A stretch of 64,000 bases of DNA from Flavobacteriales bacterium (GTDB lineage: Bacteria; Bacteroidota; Bacteroidia; Flavobacteriales_C; GCA-002722245): the NCBI GenBank assembly GCA_023251075.1, contig JAHEZM010000011.1:23663-87662 (forward strand), written 5' to 3'. The notes below the pieces were generated by a model. It saw only the letters and a program-made list of their open reading frames with translations, was not told the origin of the DNA and made no database searches. The position numbers were made by a program, and so were the translations under genes. Below are positions 31,984 to 40,753 of this stretch, in pieces (the stretch's first letter is position 1; each line of letters starts with the position of its first letter).

Positions 31984-32547
31984 TTATTCTATCTTTAAAC
32001 GAATAATTTTATAAAAAAGAAACGCTAGACTCGTTCCTAAAATTGCACCCCCTAAAACATCCAAAGGGTAATGTACTCCTAAATAGACCCTACTAATACT
32101 TATAACAAAGGCCCACAGAAGACCTCCTGCTATCCACCACTTGCTTTTTTTATAGAATAATAGTCCCACAAAAACAGCTATCGCAAATGAATTTGCAGCA
32201 TGAGAAGACACAAAACCATATTCACTGCAAGTGGCGCAAGGTAACTGGCGCACCTCAAACTCCAACATTGCTTCTTTTCTGCACGGACGATAACGTTCCA
32301 CTTGTTTCTTAAACACACGGTAAGAAATCAAATCAGTGGTAGCCACCAAAATCCCAACACTCAATAAAATGATCCACGATTTTTTTCGGAAAACATAAAT
32401 AATCACCCCCACCACTATGGTATAAAGAGCAAGCCACGACCAACGCTGACTAACAAAACACATAACAGCATCAAGTGTTTCATTAGCAAAATTATGGTTA
32501 ATGAAATGAAAAAGATCTTTATCCCATTGAATAATGGTTTCCATCAT
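31984..32547 (-). CDS. PAP2-family phosphatase (membrane)
   Basis: [11 protein letters not shown] and [16 protein letters not shown] motifs of PAP2. Overlaps obg by 4 nt. Confidence 0.85.
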   Translation of the reverse strand: MMETIIQWDKDLFHFINHNFANETLDAVMCFVSQRWSWLALYTIVVGVIIYVFRKKSWIILLSVGILVATTDLISYRVFKKQVERYRPCRKEAMLEFEVRQLPCATCSEYGFVSSHAANSFAIAVFVGLLFYKKSKWWIAGGLLWAFVISISRVYLGVHYPLDVLGGAILGTSLAFLFYKIIRLKIE

Positions 32548-33533
32548 GAATTAAGCTCTTTCCAAAGCATGTCTTTCAATTTATCTAATCCTTGTTTTTT
32601 CATAGCAGAAATAAAAATATAAGGCACCTTTTTAGGTAGTGTTTTTTTAATTTCCGCTTCCAATTCCTCATCCAGCATATCCGATTTATTAATCGCTAAG
32701 ATGATTTTTTTATCTAACAAATCAGGGTTGTATTTTTCTAATTCTGATAACAAAATTTTGTATTCCTTCTTAATATCATCACTATCTGCTGGAATAACAA
32801 AAAGTAAAATGGAATTTCTTTCGATGTGACGCAGAAATCGATGACCCAAACCTTTTCCTTCACTGGCCCCTTCAATAATTCCTGGTATATCAGCAGCAAT
32901 GAACGATTTATATTCACCGTATTTTACAATACCCAAATTAGGGGTTAAAGTAGTAAATGCATAATCGGCAATTTCAGGCTTGGCAGCGCTTAAAACAGAA
33001 AGCAATGTACTTTTTCCAGCATTTGGAAAACCAACAAAACCAACATCGGCCAATACTTTTAATTCTAAAATTTTCCAATCTTCCCTCCCCGGCTCACCCG
33101 TTTGGTGATGACGTGGGTTTTGGTTTACAGAATTCTTAAAGTTGGCATTGCCTAAACCTCCTCTACCACCTGGTGCTACAATAAAAGTTTGACCTTCTTC
33201 AACAATTTCACACTCAACATTTCCTGTTTCAGCATCTTTAACAATAGTACCCAATGGAACATCCAAAATCACATCTTCACCACGAGCTCCGGTTCTATTG
33301 CCCGCATCTCCAGGTACTCCGTTGGGAGAAATAACATGCTTACGATACTTCAGGTGAATGAGGGTCCAATGCTGGTGACTACCTCTTAAAATGATATGCC
33401 CCCCTCTGCCGCCATCTCCTCCATCCGGTCCACCTTTCGCCGTACTTTTGTCGCGATGAAAATGCATACTCCCCGCACCTCCTGCACCAGAGCGACAACA
33501 AATTTTTACGTAATCAATAAAGTTGGAATCCAT
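32544..33533 (-). CDS. obg: GTPase Obg/CgtA
   Basis: Gly-rich Obg fold ([23 protein letters not shown]) and G-domain motifs GFPNAGKST and DIPG. Confidence 0.95.
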   Translation of the reverse strand: MDSNFIDYVKICCRSGAGGAGSMHFHRDKSTAKGGPDGGDGGRGGHIILRGSHQHWTLIHLKYRKHVISPNGVPGDAGNRTGARGEDVILDVPLGTIVKDAETGNVECEIVEEGQTFIVAPGGRGGLGNANFKNSVNQNPRHHQTGEPGREDWKILELKVLADVGFVGFPNAGKSTLLSVLSAAKPEIADYAFTTLTPNLGIVKYGEYKSFIAADIPGIIEGASEGKGLGHRFLRHIERNSILLFVIPADSDDIKKEYKILLSELEKYNPDLLDKKIILAINKSDMLDEELEAEIKKTLPKKVPYIFISAMKKQGLDKLKDMLWKELNS

Positions 33534-33540
33534 GTAATTA

Positions 33541-33612
33541 GTTCAATGTTTAAAGTTCAATGTTCAATGTTTACAGTACGAAACTTTGAACATTGAACAC
33601 CGAACAAAGAAC
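33541..33612. repeat. 72-bp imperfect palindrome built from 7-bp periodic GTTCAAN / NTTGAAC heptads
   Basis: Left arm gttcaat gtttaaa gttcaat gttcaat gtttaca. Right arm tttgaac attgaac accgaac aaagaac. Central ~20-bp stem has 2 mismatches. Fills the adk-obg spacer. Confidence 0.65.
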
Positions 33613-33619
33613 TTATTTA

Positions 33620-34198
33620 TTATGCTTTTACGCCATCAATCGCCTCACACAAAGCCTCAAAAATAGTATCTATAGTGCCTACACCTTCAATTCCTACTTG
33701 TTTACCTTGTGATTTGTAATAATCTTTTAATGGCAGTGTTTGCTCATTGTATATTTTAATTCTGTTTTGAATAGTTTTAGTATCCTGATCATCAGCCCTA
33801 CCACTTACTTTTCCTCTCCCAAGTAAACGTGTTACCAATTCTTCTTCAGGAACCTCTAACGACAACATTACGGAAATACCTGTTCCTTTAGCCGATAAAA
33901 CTTTATCTAAAGCCTGAGCCTGAGGAGTAGTTCTAGGGAAACCATCGAAAATAAATCCATTTTTATTAGCGCTAGAAGAAATCTTATTGTCGATCATTCC
34001 AATTACCACTTCATCTGGCACCAATTCACCTTTTTCAATCAATGCTTTTGCCTGTAAACCTAATGCTGTAGCAGCATTCATCTCTGCTCTCAGGATATCT
34101 CCTGTAGAAAGATGCACCAATCCATACTTTTCCAACAACTTTGTTGACTGAGTTCCTTTTCCTGCGCCCGGAGGGCCAAATAAAACGATGTTTAACAT
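33620..34198 (-). CDS. adk: adenylate kinase
   Basis: MLNIVLFGPPGAGKGTQ P-loop start. The ORF-track N-terminal extension is rejected. 192 aa. Confidence 0.95.
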   Translation of the reverse strand: MLNIVLFGPPGAGKGTQSTKLLEKYGLVHLSTGDILRAEMNAATALGLQAKALIEKGELVPDEVVIGMIDNKISSSANKNGFIFDGFPRTTPQAQALDKVLSAKGTGISVMLSLEVPEEELVTRLLGRGKVSGRADDQDTKTIQNRIKIYNEQTLPLKDYYKSQGKQVGIEGVGTIDTIFEALCEAIDGVKA

Positions 34199-34287
34199 AT
34201 TGTTATTTTTTAAAACAAGGGCCCTAAGATAGTCATATTTGTTTAAAGTTAAAGGGATAAAATCACCACTTATAATCAACCTTAAAT

Positions 34288-34308
34288 ATTGAACATTAAA
34301 CTTTGAAC
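34288..34308 (+). promoter_or_regulatory. tandem heptad array attgaac-attaaac-tttgaac 20 nt upstream of purK
   Basis: Three in-phase NTTGAAC-type heptads, same unit and orientation as the array upstream of obg. Confidence 0.4.
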
Positions 34309-34328
34309 TTTTTATTATCTTCGCATCC

Positions 34329-35471
34329 ATGCAAAAACCCTTCTATAAAGGATTTAAGATTGGCGTTCTGGGTGGCGGACAGCTGGGCAGAATGCTACTT
34401 CAAAAGTCGTATAGCTACAATTTAGAAATGGCTTTTATTGATCCCGATGCTAAAGCTCCCTGCAGAGAAATTAGCAATTGGTTTTACAAAGGCGATTTAA
34501 ATGATTTTGATTTGGTTTATGATTTTGGTAAAAAATGCGATGTTGTAACCATAGAAATTGAAAATGTAAATGTAGAGGCTCTGGCCAAACTAGAAAAAGA
34601 AGGAATCAAAGTTTTTCCTCAACCTTCCGCTTTAAAAACTATTCAGGACAAAGGATTACAGAAGTTATTCTATAAAGAAAACAACATCAACACCGCAGAA
34701 TTTTTCCTGATTGAAAACAAGAAAGAAATCATTCTTTTTATGGATCTCTTTCCTTTGGTTCAAAAACTAAGAAAAGGTGGGTATGATGGAAAAGGTGTTC
34801 AGATATTAAGGGATGTCACCGACTTAGATAAGGCTTTTGATGCTCCATCGGTTTTAGAAAGACTAGTAGATATCAAAAAAGAAATTTCTGTAATTGCTGC
34901 CCGGGCACAAGATGGAAGTGTAACAGCTTACCCTCCGGTAGAAATGGAATTCAATCCCGAAGCCAATTTAGTAGAGTTTCTTTTTTCTCCTGCCGATATT
35001 ACAAAAGAAGTGGAAACACACGCCATGCAATTGGCTAAAGATATTATCACAAAACTAGATATAGTGGGTATTTTGGCTGTGGAGATGTTCGTTACTCCCA
35101 ACAATGAAGTGGTGGTGAATGAAGTCGCCCCTCGTCCGCACAATAGCGGCCACCAAACCATTGAAGGAAATGAAACCTCACAATACGATCAATTATTGAG
35201 ATGCTTAATTGGTATGCCGTTAGGAAGCACCGATATTACTATCCCCTCTGTAATGGTTAACCTCCTGGGAGAAAAAGGATATACCGGTGCAGCAAAATAC
35301 GAAGGCATTGAGAAAGTAATGGCAACCGCCGGAGTAAATGTTCATCTTTATGGAAAAAGCGATACGAAGCCTTTTCGTAAAATGGGACACGTCACTATTG
35401 TCGACAAAGACCTCAACCAAGCCAAAGAAAAAGCAAGATTTGTTAAAGACACCTTAAAAATTATAGCATGA
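34329..35471 (+). CDS. purK: N5-carboxyaminoimidazole ribonucleotide synthase
   Basis: IGVLGGGQLGRML N-terminus and ATP-grasp architecture. 380 aa. Overlaps purE by 4 nt. Confidence 0.95.
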   Translation: MQKPFYKGFKIGVLGGGQLGRMLLQKSYSYNLEMAFIDPDAKAPCREISNWFYKGDLNDFDLVYDFGKKCDVVTIEIENVNVEALAKLEKEGIKVFPQPSALKTIQDKGLQKLFYKENNINTAEFFLIENKKEIILFMDLFPLVQKLRKGGYDGKGVQILRDVTDLDKAFDAPSVLERLVDIKKEISVIAARAQDGSVTAYPPVEMEFNPEANLVEFLFSPADITKEVETHAMQLAKDIITKLDIVGILAVEMFVTPNNEVVVNEVAPRPHNSGHQTIEGNETSQYDQLLRCLIGMPLGSTDITIPSVMVNLLGEKGYTGAAKYEGIEKVMATAGVNVHLYGKSDTKPFRKMGHVTIVDKDLNQAKEKARFVKDTLKIIA

Positions 35472-35962
35472 GTGCACAAGTAGGAATTATTATGGGTAGC
35501 CAATCTGATTTAAGAATCATGCAAGACGCTGCCGATGTGTTGAAAGAATTGAAAATTGAATTCGAAATCACAGTGGTTTCTGCACACCGCACTCCCGAAA
35601 GAATGTTCGACTATGCCAAATCTGCAGCAAGCCGAGGATTAAAAGTAATCATTGCTGGAGCCGGTGGTGCCGCACATTTACCAGGTATGGTGGCTTCCTT
35701 AACTCCCCTTCCTGTGGTGGGAGTTCCTATTAAATCAAGTAACTCTATTGATGGATGGGATTCTGTTTTATCTATACTTCAAATGCCTAATGGCGTTCCT
35801 GTAGCTACTGTAGCTTTAGATGCTGCAAAAAACGCAGGAATACTGGCAGCTCAAATTATTGGTTCTTCTAATGCTGAAATATTGCAACGTATTGTTGATT
35901 TTAAAGAGCAATTAAAAGTTAAAGTGATGGAGAGTGTGGAGGAGATGAAGAAGAAAAAATAA
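35468..35962 (+). CDS. purE: N5-carboxyaminoimidazole ribonucleotide mutase
   Basis: VGIIMGSQSD...SAHRTP...AGGAAHLPGMVAS, the canonical PurE signature. Confidence 0.95.
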   Translation: MSAQVGIIMGSQSDLRIMQDAADVLKELKIEFEITVVSAHRTPERMFDYAKSAASRGLKVIIAGAGGAAHLPGMVASLTPLPVVGVPIKSSNSIDGWDSVLSILQMPNGVPVATVALDAAKNAGILAAQIIGSSNAEILQRIVDFKEQLKVKVMESVEEMKKKK

Positions 35963-35975
35963 TTAATTCTCTTTT

Positions 35976-36335
35976 ATGTCTTTATTAGGAAAATCGATCT
36001 ATAATCTAGTTTCCTATATCTTGATTATTGTTGCCATTTTACTCGAAAAATTCATGTTTGGCGACAAACTGCATAATGAAATTCTTGTCATTCAACTAAT
36101 ACTTCTAGTTCTTACCTTTTTCTTAATAGAGCTCAAAAAAGCCAAAGTAATTACTTTCCTATTTTTACTAGTATTATTAGGTATTTTGGGTTATGCACTC
36201 TTTATTTTGTTCATCTTTAGCTTAGGTGGATATTTCCCTGTTTTTTATTCTGTTTTCACCTTAATAATATTGAATTTCCTTGCTAACAGCTTAATCAATA
36301 TATATCTATTATTAAAAACTTCATCTCTCTGCTAA
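35976..36335 (+). CDS. hypothetical small membrane protein
   Basis: 119 aa, four hydrophobic helices, no conserved motifs. Confidence 0.4.
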   Translation: MSLLGKSIYNLVSYILIIVAILLEKFMFGDKLHNEILVIQLILLVLTFFLIELKKAKVITFLFLLVLLGILGYALFILFIFSLGGYFPVFYSVFTLIILNFLANSLINIYLLLKTSSLC

Positions 36336-36470
36336 GTTTAGCGCAACGAACTTTGCTGAATCTTTTCCCGCATCTTTCAGCTTCATGAATTATACAAGAT
36401 AAAATCCTAAAGAATGGATTCCACAATCCGTCAGCTGACGGATAACGGAGCTGGGTGTTAAGTATATACC

Positions 36471-37484
36471 CTACTCTGAATAAGTCACTATAAGTTTTTC
36501 CTTTCCGGGTAAAACATTAAAATAAATCCATTGGCCATCTACCGACTCTGTGAATTTAATATTGGTGATGTCTCGCGCTACAATCATATTTTTTGCTTTC
36601 TTTTTCATCTTCACTGTTAATTCGTGATTGAAAATTTTAGAATCTAAGGGACATTCAATAGAAATTTCCATCTTTCCTTTCTTATCCTTCAAAATTTTAA
36701 CTGAAGAAGCTTTCTTCTCTTTGTGATATTTTACAGCACTTTCCAAAGTAGTAACCCAAATAGAATCTTCACGAGATTTTAAAGTATCCATCATTGCTAG
36801 CATATAATCTTCAGGCATTGCATCCCATCCTTTCTCAATTTCATTATTGTAAACCGAATGCATCATAAAAGTGAGTAAACCCCCTCCATTTTCAGCATAA
36901 GTGAGCCATTTTGATACTTTTTCCAGAGTGATGATATTCCAAATTCTAGCAGTAGGGATTTTAAAATAATCGGCACTATCTAAATCAAAATTATAATTAA
37001 TAAATTTCTCGTCGGCAGCACTCACCGATCTTGCAGCAATATGTTCTCTTTCTATCCAGCGAATTACTTCAGGATTTTTGGTTCCCATAGGATAAGCAAA
37101 TGTTAGGCATTGCGCCCCAGGAACAGAATCCATAATCACCTTTCGGGCGCTGTCTATTTCGATTTTTACTTTTTCAAAAGGAATATTAGTCAAACTAGGA
37201 TGTGTTATAGTATGATTCGCAATTTCAATTCCATTGGCATGCGCCAGTCGCATCACAGGAAAGGCCGTCTTTCTCCAATTAGCCACCTGAACCGTAACAA
37301 ACATCGTAGCCGTTAATTTTCTTTTGATTAATTCGGGAACAATAATCTTCTCTTGTCCTTCCAACCAATCATCAAAAGTCATTACCACCGCACATTTCTT
37401 ATTGTTGTACCAATTGGTAATTTGAATATCCTGAGTAAAAGAAACGGAATAGAATAAAAGAAATAGTAAAGTTAGTTTTCTCAT
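36471..37484 (-). CDS. secreted polysaccharide deacetylase (NodB-like) family protein
   Basis: Signal peptide. TFDDW and IANHTITHP motifs of the NodB homology domain. Confidence 0.8.
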   Translation of the reverse strand: MRKLTLLFLLFYSVSFTQDIQITNWYNNKKCAVVMTFDDWLEGQEKIIVPELIKRKLTATMFVTVQVANWRKTAFPVMRLAHANGIEIANHTITHPSLTNIPFEKVKIEIDSARKVIMDSVPGAQCLTFAYPMGTKNPEVIRWIEREHIAARSVSAADEKFINYNFDLDSADYFKIPTARIWNIITLEKVSKWLTYAENGGGLLTFMMHSVYNNEIEKGWDAMPEDYMLAMMDTLKSREDSIWVTTLESAVKYHKEKKASSVKILKDKKGKMEISIECPLDSKIFNHELTVKMKKKAKNMIVARDITNIKFTESVDGQWIYFNVLPGKEKLIVTYSE

Positions 37485-37599
37485 GTTAGTAGTTGTAATG
37501 CTGGTGGTAAAAATAAGACTTTTTTAGTGCGAATATAATTTTAACCACAGGACACAAGTAGGACATTAATCTGATTTATTAATTTTGGCTGCATTCTCC

Positions 37600-37627
37600 T
37601 GTAGGGGCACCCGCAAGGGGTGCCCCT
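37600..37627. other. GC-rich 12-bp stem hairpin with GCAA (GNRA-type) tetraloop
   Basis: gtaggggcaccc gcaa gggtgcccctac, a perfect stem between the rplI terminator and the deacetylase promoter region. Confidence 0.45.
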
Positions 37628-37650
37628 ACAAAAACACAAATTTGCTCAAT

Positions 37651-37690
37651 AAAAAACCCTTCGTTGAATAACGAAGGGTTTTTTATTTTT
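37651..37690 (-). terminator. intrinsic terminator of the rpsF-rpsR-rplI operon (bidirectional in form)
   Basis: aaaaaacccttcgttgaataacgaagggttttttatttttttt. Confidence 0.6.
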
Positions 37691-37706
37691 TTTATTATAC
37701 TTGTGA

Positions 37707-38153
37707 TTACTCTGCTACAACCTCGAAAGAGAACTTTGCAGTAACTTCACGGTGTAATTTTACTTCAGCTTCGTAAGTACCTAAGTTTTTGATACCACCA
37801 CCCAAGATTTTGATATTTTTTCTTTCGATATCAACACCGGCAGCCTTTAAAGCATCACCTACTTGTACATTTATTACAGAACCAAATATTTTTCCAGTTT
37901 CACCAGCTTTAGCTCCAACTTTAAGAGATAAAGAAGACAATTTAGTAGCCAATGCATTTGCATCTGCTTTTGCTTTCTCATCTTTCTTAGCTCTTTGTTT
38001 AACGTTTTCAGCGTGCACTTTTCTAGCAGCCTCAGTCGCTAATACTGCAAATCCTTTAGGGATTAAGAAATTTCTTCCGTAGCCCGGTTTCACTACTACA
38101 ACATCATCTTGGAATCCAAGTGGTTGCATATCTTTTTTTAAGATCACTTCCAT
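37707..38153 (-). CDS. rplI: 50S ribosomal protein L9
   Basis: MEVILKKDMQPLGFQDDVVVVKPGYGRNFLIPKG, canonical L9. Confidence 0.95.
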   Translation of the reverse strand: MEVILKKDMQPLGFQDDVVVVKPGYGRNFLIPKGFAVLATEAARKVHAENVKQRAKKDEKAKADANALATKLSSLSLKVGAKAGETGKIFGSVINVQVGDALKAAGVDIERKNIKILGGGIKNLGTYEAEVKLHREVTAKFSFEVVAE

Positions 38154-38161
38154 GGCTATTC

Positions 38162-38425
38162 TTATTTAAGGTTATCGGCAACAAATGGCAACAAAGCCAA
38201 TTGTCTTGCTCTTTTAATTGATTGAGATACTTTTCTTTGAAATTTCAAAGATGTACCAGTGATTCTTCTAGGAAGAACTTTGCCTTGCTCGTTCAAGAAC
38301 TTCATCAAATAATCTGGATTTTTGTAATCCACATGAGTGATTTTGCTCTTTTTAAAGCGGCAATATTTGCTTTTCTTTACCTCAATTGAAGGAGGTGTTA
38401 GATATCTGATATCGTCTGCTGCCAT
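38162..38425 (-). CDS. rpsR: 30S ribosomal protein S18
   Basis: KYCRFKK...[13 protein letters not shown]...[10 protein letters not shown], canonical S18. Confidence 0.95.
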   Translation of the reverse strand: MAADDIRYLTPPSIEVKKSKYCRFKKSKITHVDYKNPDYLMKFLNEQGKVLPRRITGTSLKFQRKVSQSIKRARQLALLPFVADNLK

Positions 38426-38436
38426 TGCTTTATTTA

Positions 38437-38799
38437 TTATGCTTTAACTTCTTCTTTCTTAGCTCTTGATGCTACTGCTTTTCCTCTGAACTTGTCATTG
38501 AATTTAACAGCATGTTGATCAAGATTTACTGTTAAAAAACGCAGTAAACGCTCATCTCTTTTGTATGCCAACTCTAATTCTGCAATCACAGAACCAGGTC
38601 CTTTGAACTCAATCAGGTGATAAAACCCAGTTGATTTCTTTTTCACCGGATATGCAAGTTTTCTCAAACCCCAGTTGTCCTGATGAATAACTTCAGCGCC
38701 TTTTTGTTTCAATAAGTTAACGTACTCATTCACAGTTTCTTTCAGTTGTTCATCCGAAAGAACCGGCGTCATCACAAAAATTGTCTCGTATTGACTCAT
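38437..38799 (-). CDS. rpsF: 30S ribosomal protein S6
   Basis: [18 protein letters not shown]. Start set at the Met that matches the S6 N-terminus. Confidence 0.93.
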   Translation of the reverse strand: MSQYETIFVMTPVLSDEQLKETVNEYVNLLKQKGAEVIHQDNWGLRKLAYPVKKKSTGFYHLIEFKGPGSVIAELELAYKRDERLLRFLTVNLDQHAVKFNDKFRGKAVASRAKKEEVKA

Positions 38800-39047
38800 T
38801 ATCAATCTGTTTTTAAAAAATTCAATCCGCCTCTAAAAAAAGCGGAGGGCAAAAATACAAAAGAATTTGTTACCTCCAAATCTTTTTGAAAGTTTATTAA
38901 CACATTCTCGTTAATAGTTCAAGGTTAATCATGCAAAGTTTAAAGTTAACTACCCAAAAACGCAATACAATCCCTATTCATAAAATGTTCAAAACAACTT
39001 TATAGGGTGAAGGGCGAACTGTGAACTCTTTTCTATATTTGCCCCCA

Positions 39048-40172
39048 ATGGAACAATTCGTAGTATCTGCCAGGAAATACCGCCCGGCCACCTTTGATCA
39101 GGTGGTAGGCCAACCTTCTTTAGTAGGCACATTGAAAAATGCCATCCGGAGTCAGCAAGTAGCTCAGGCTTTTCTTTTTTGCGGACCCCGTGGAGTTGGA
39201 AAAACGACCTGTGCCCGTATCCTCGCCAAAACCATCAATTGCCAGAACGTTACTAAAGATATTGAACCTTGTAATGAATGTGAGTCGTGTACTTCGTTTA
39301 ATTCCGGACAATCATTAAATATATATGAGTTAGATGCTGCTTCCAATAACTCGGTAGATGATATTAGAAATTTAGTTAATCAAGTTCGTATTGCCCCACA
39401 AATAGGCACAAAAAAAGCGTACATCATCGACGAGGTTCATATGTTATCGCAGGCAGCATTCAACGCTTTCCTTAAAACATTGGAAGAACCCCCTGCTCAT
39501 GCAGTGTTTATTTTAGCAACCACTGAAAAGCATAAAATCTTACCTACTATATTAAGTCGTTGTCAGGTTTTTCAATTCAACAGAATTACCGTTAACGACA
39601 TTGCAGGTCATTTAGCCAACATCGCTAAAAAAGAAAATATCGCTTACGAAGAAGAAGCTTTACATATTATTGCTCAAAAAGCAGATGGTGGTTTGCGTGA
39701 TGCTCTTTCCATTTTTGATCAGCTGGTAACTTTCTCCAATAAAAATTTAACTTATCAATCGGTAATTACCAGTTTGAATGTGTTGGATTTCGATTACTAC
39801 TTCAAAGCAACCAACTTACTACTGAATAAAAATATCCCTGAAATATTACTTCTCTTAAATGAAGTGATTGAAAAAGGATTTGATGAACACAATTTCATTT
39901 TAGGTTTGGGCGAGCATTTCCGCAATTTATTGTTGTGTAAAAATGCATCTACAGCAGGAATCATTGAAACATCAGAAAAAAATAAAGCACAATATCTTGA
40001 ACAAACCGCTAAATGTTCTGATGATCTTTTATTGTGTGGTTTAGAGCTCATCAATGATGCTGATATTCAATACAAATCAAGCAAAAACAAACGATTGCTG
40101 GTTGAACTTAGCTTATTAAAACTTTGCTCAGAAAATTTAGCAGAGCTTAAAAAAAAAAGCTTCGCCGACTGA
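39048..40172 (+). CDS. dnaX: DNA polymerase III subunit gamma/tau, 0-frame product (domains I-III, gamma-like, 375 aa)
   Basis: ARKYRPATFDQVVGQ, P-loop GPRGVGKTT, zinc module CNECESC and SRC motif (LSRCQVF). The 0-frame ends in ...AELKKKSFAD* immediately after an A10 run. Confidence 0.9.
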   Translation: MEQFVVSARKYRPATFDQVVGQPSLVGTLKNAIRSQQVAQAFLFCGPRGVGKTTCARILAKTINCQNVTKDIEPCNECESCTSFNSGQSLNIYELDAASNNSVDDIRNLVNQVRIAPQIGTKKAYIIDEVHMLSQAAFNAFLKTLEEPPAHAVFILATTEKHKILPTILSRCQVFQFNRITVNDIAGHLANIAKKENIAYEEEALHIIAQKADGGLRDALSIFDQLVTFSNKNLTYQSVITSLNVLDFDYYFKATNLLLNKNIPEILLLLNEVIEKGFDEHNFILGLGEHFRNLLLCKNASTAGIIETSEKNKAQYLEQTAKCSDDLLLCGLELINDADIQYKSSKNKRLLVELSLLKLCSENLAELKKKSFAD

Positions 40173-40753
40173 GAATTCCTTTGCCTAAAGTTTCCACTCC
40201 ATCAGTAAGCACTACCCCAATTAAACCTGTTCCTAAACCAATAACTAGTGCAATTAAAGAAGAAGAACCTAAGGTAGTAAGCACCGCACCTCGTCCGAAA
40301 ATTTCATTAAAATCGGTGGGAATAAATAAAATTCTCAATCCAAAAATTGAAGAATCTAAGGAAGAAAAACACACTCCTTTAGAACGGCAAGCTTTTAATG
40401 AAACCGATTTGCTTACAGCCTGGAAAGAATACGCCGAACAGATTAAAGAGAGGGATTTAGATATTTATACAACGCTCACCCGCCATACTCCTAAATTAGA
40501 AGGACAAAAAACGGTGCTTCTTAAATTGGATAACAAAGCACAGGAGCATGAAGTAACAGAAATAAAAGTTGAACTTTTAGGGTTTATTCGTCACCGACTC
40601 AATAATTTCGAAGTAGAATTAAAAACCTTTATTGAAAAGGGAGCAGAAGAAAAAGGTTTATACACCTCAGCCGACAAATTCAAAAAAATGGCAGAAAAAA
40701 ATCCGATGTTGGAGGAATTAAAAAAACGTTTGGATTTAGATTTAGGATTTTAA
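40151..40753 (+). CDS. dnaX: dnaX tau-specific C-terminal region in the -1 frame (needs a frameshift or +1A slippage at A10)
   Basis: The -1 frame is open from 40151 (stop TAA at 40148-40150) and encodes a proline-rich linker plus a conserved C-terminal domain (LLTAWKEYAEQIK...). An 11th A would fuse it in-frame. Confidence 0.65.
   Translation, partial: KKKLRRLRIPLPKVSTPSVSTTPIKPVPKPITSAIKEEEPKVVSTAPRPKISLKSVGINKILNPKIEESKEEKHTPLERQAFNETDLLTAWKEYAEQIKERDLDIYTTLTRHTPKLEGQKTVLLKLDNKAQEHEVTEIKVELLGFIRHRLNNFEVELKTFIEKGAEEKGLYTSADKFKKMAEKNPMLEELKKRLDLDLGF

Noticed and set aside
33541-33612. Heptad repeat array as a CRISPR array
   Set aside because: The units are 7 bp and contiguous, with no spacers, and no cas genes are nearby. 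It is a palindromic regulatory or structural repeat.
33620-34330. 236-aa adk ORF with a 44-residue N-terminal extension
   Set aside because: Adenylate kinase begins at the P-loop (MLNIVLFGPPGAGKG). The extension overlaps the purK promoter and start and has no homology.
39021-40753. Treating 39021..40172 and 40181..40753 as two independent genes
   Set aside because: The downstream ORF has no ATG (the track forces TTG), encodes the tau-specific C-terminal region, and is in the -1 frame directly after an A10 tract. It is one dnaX gene interrupted by a frameshift.
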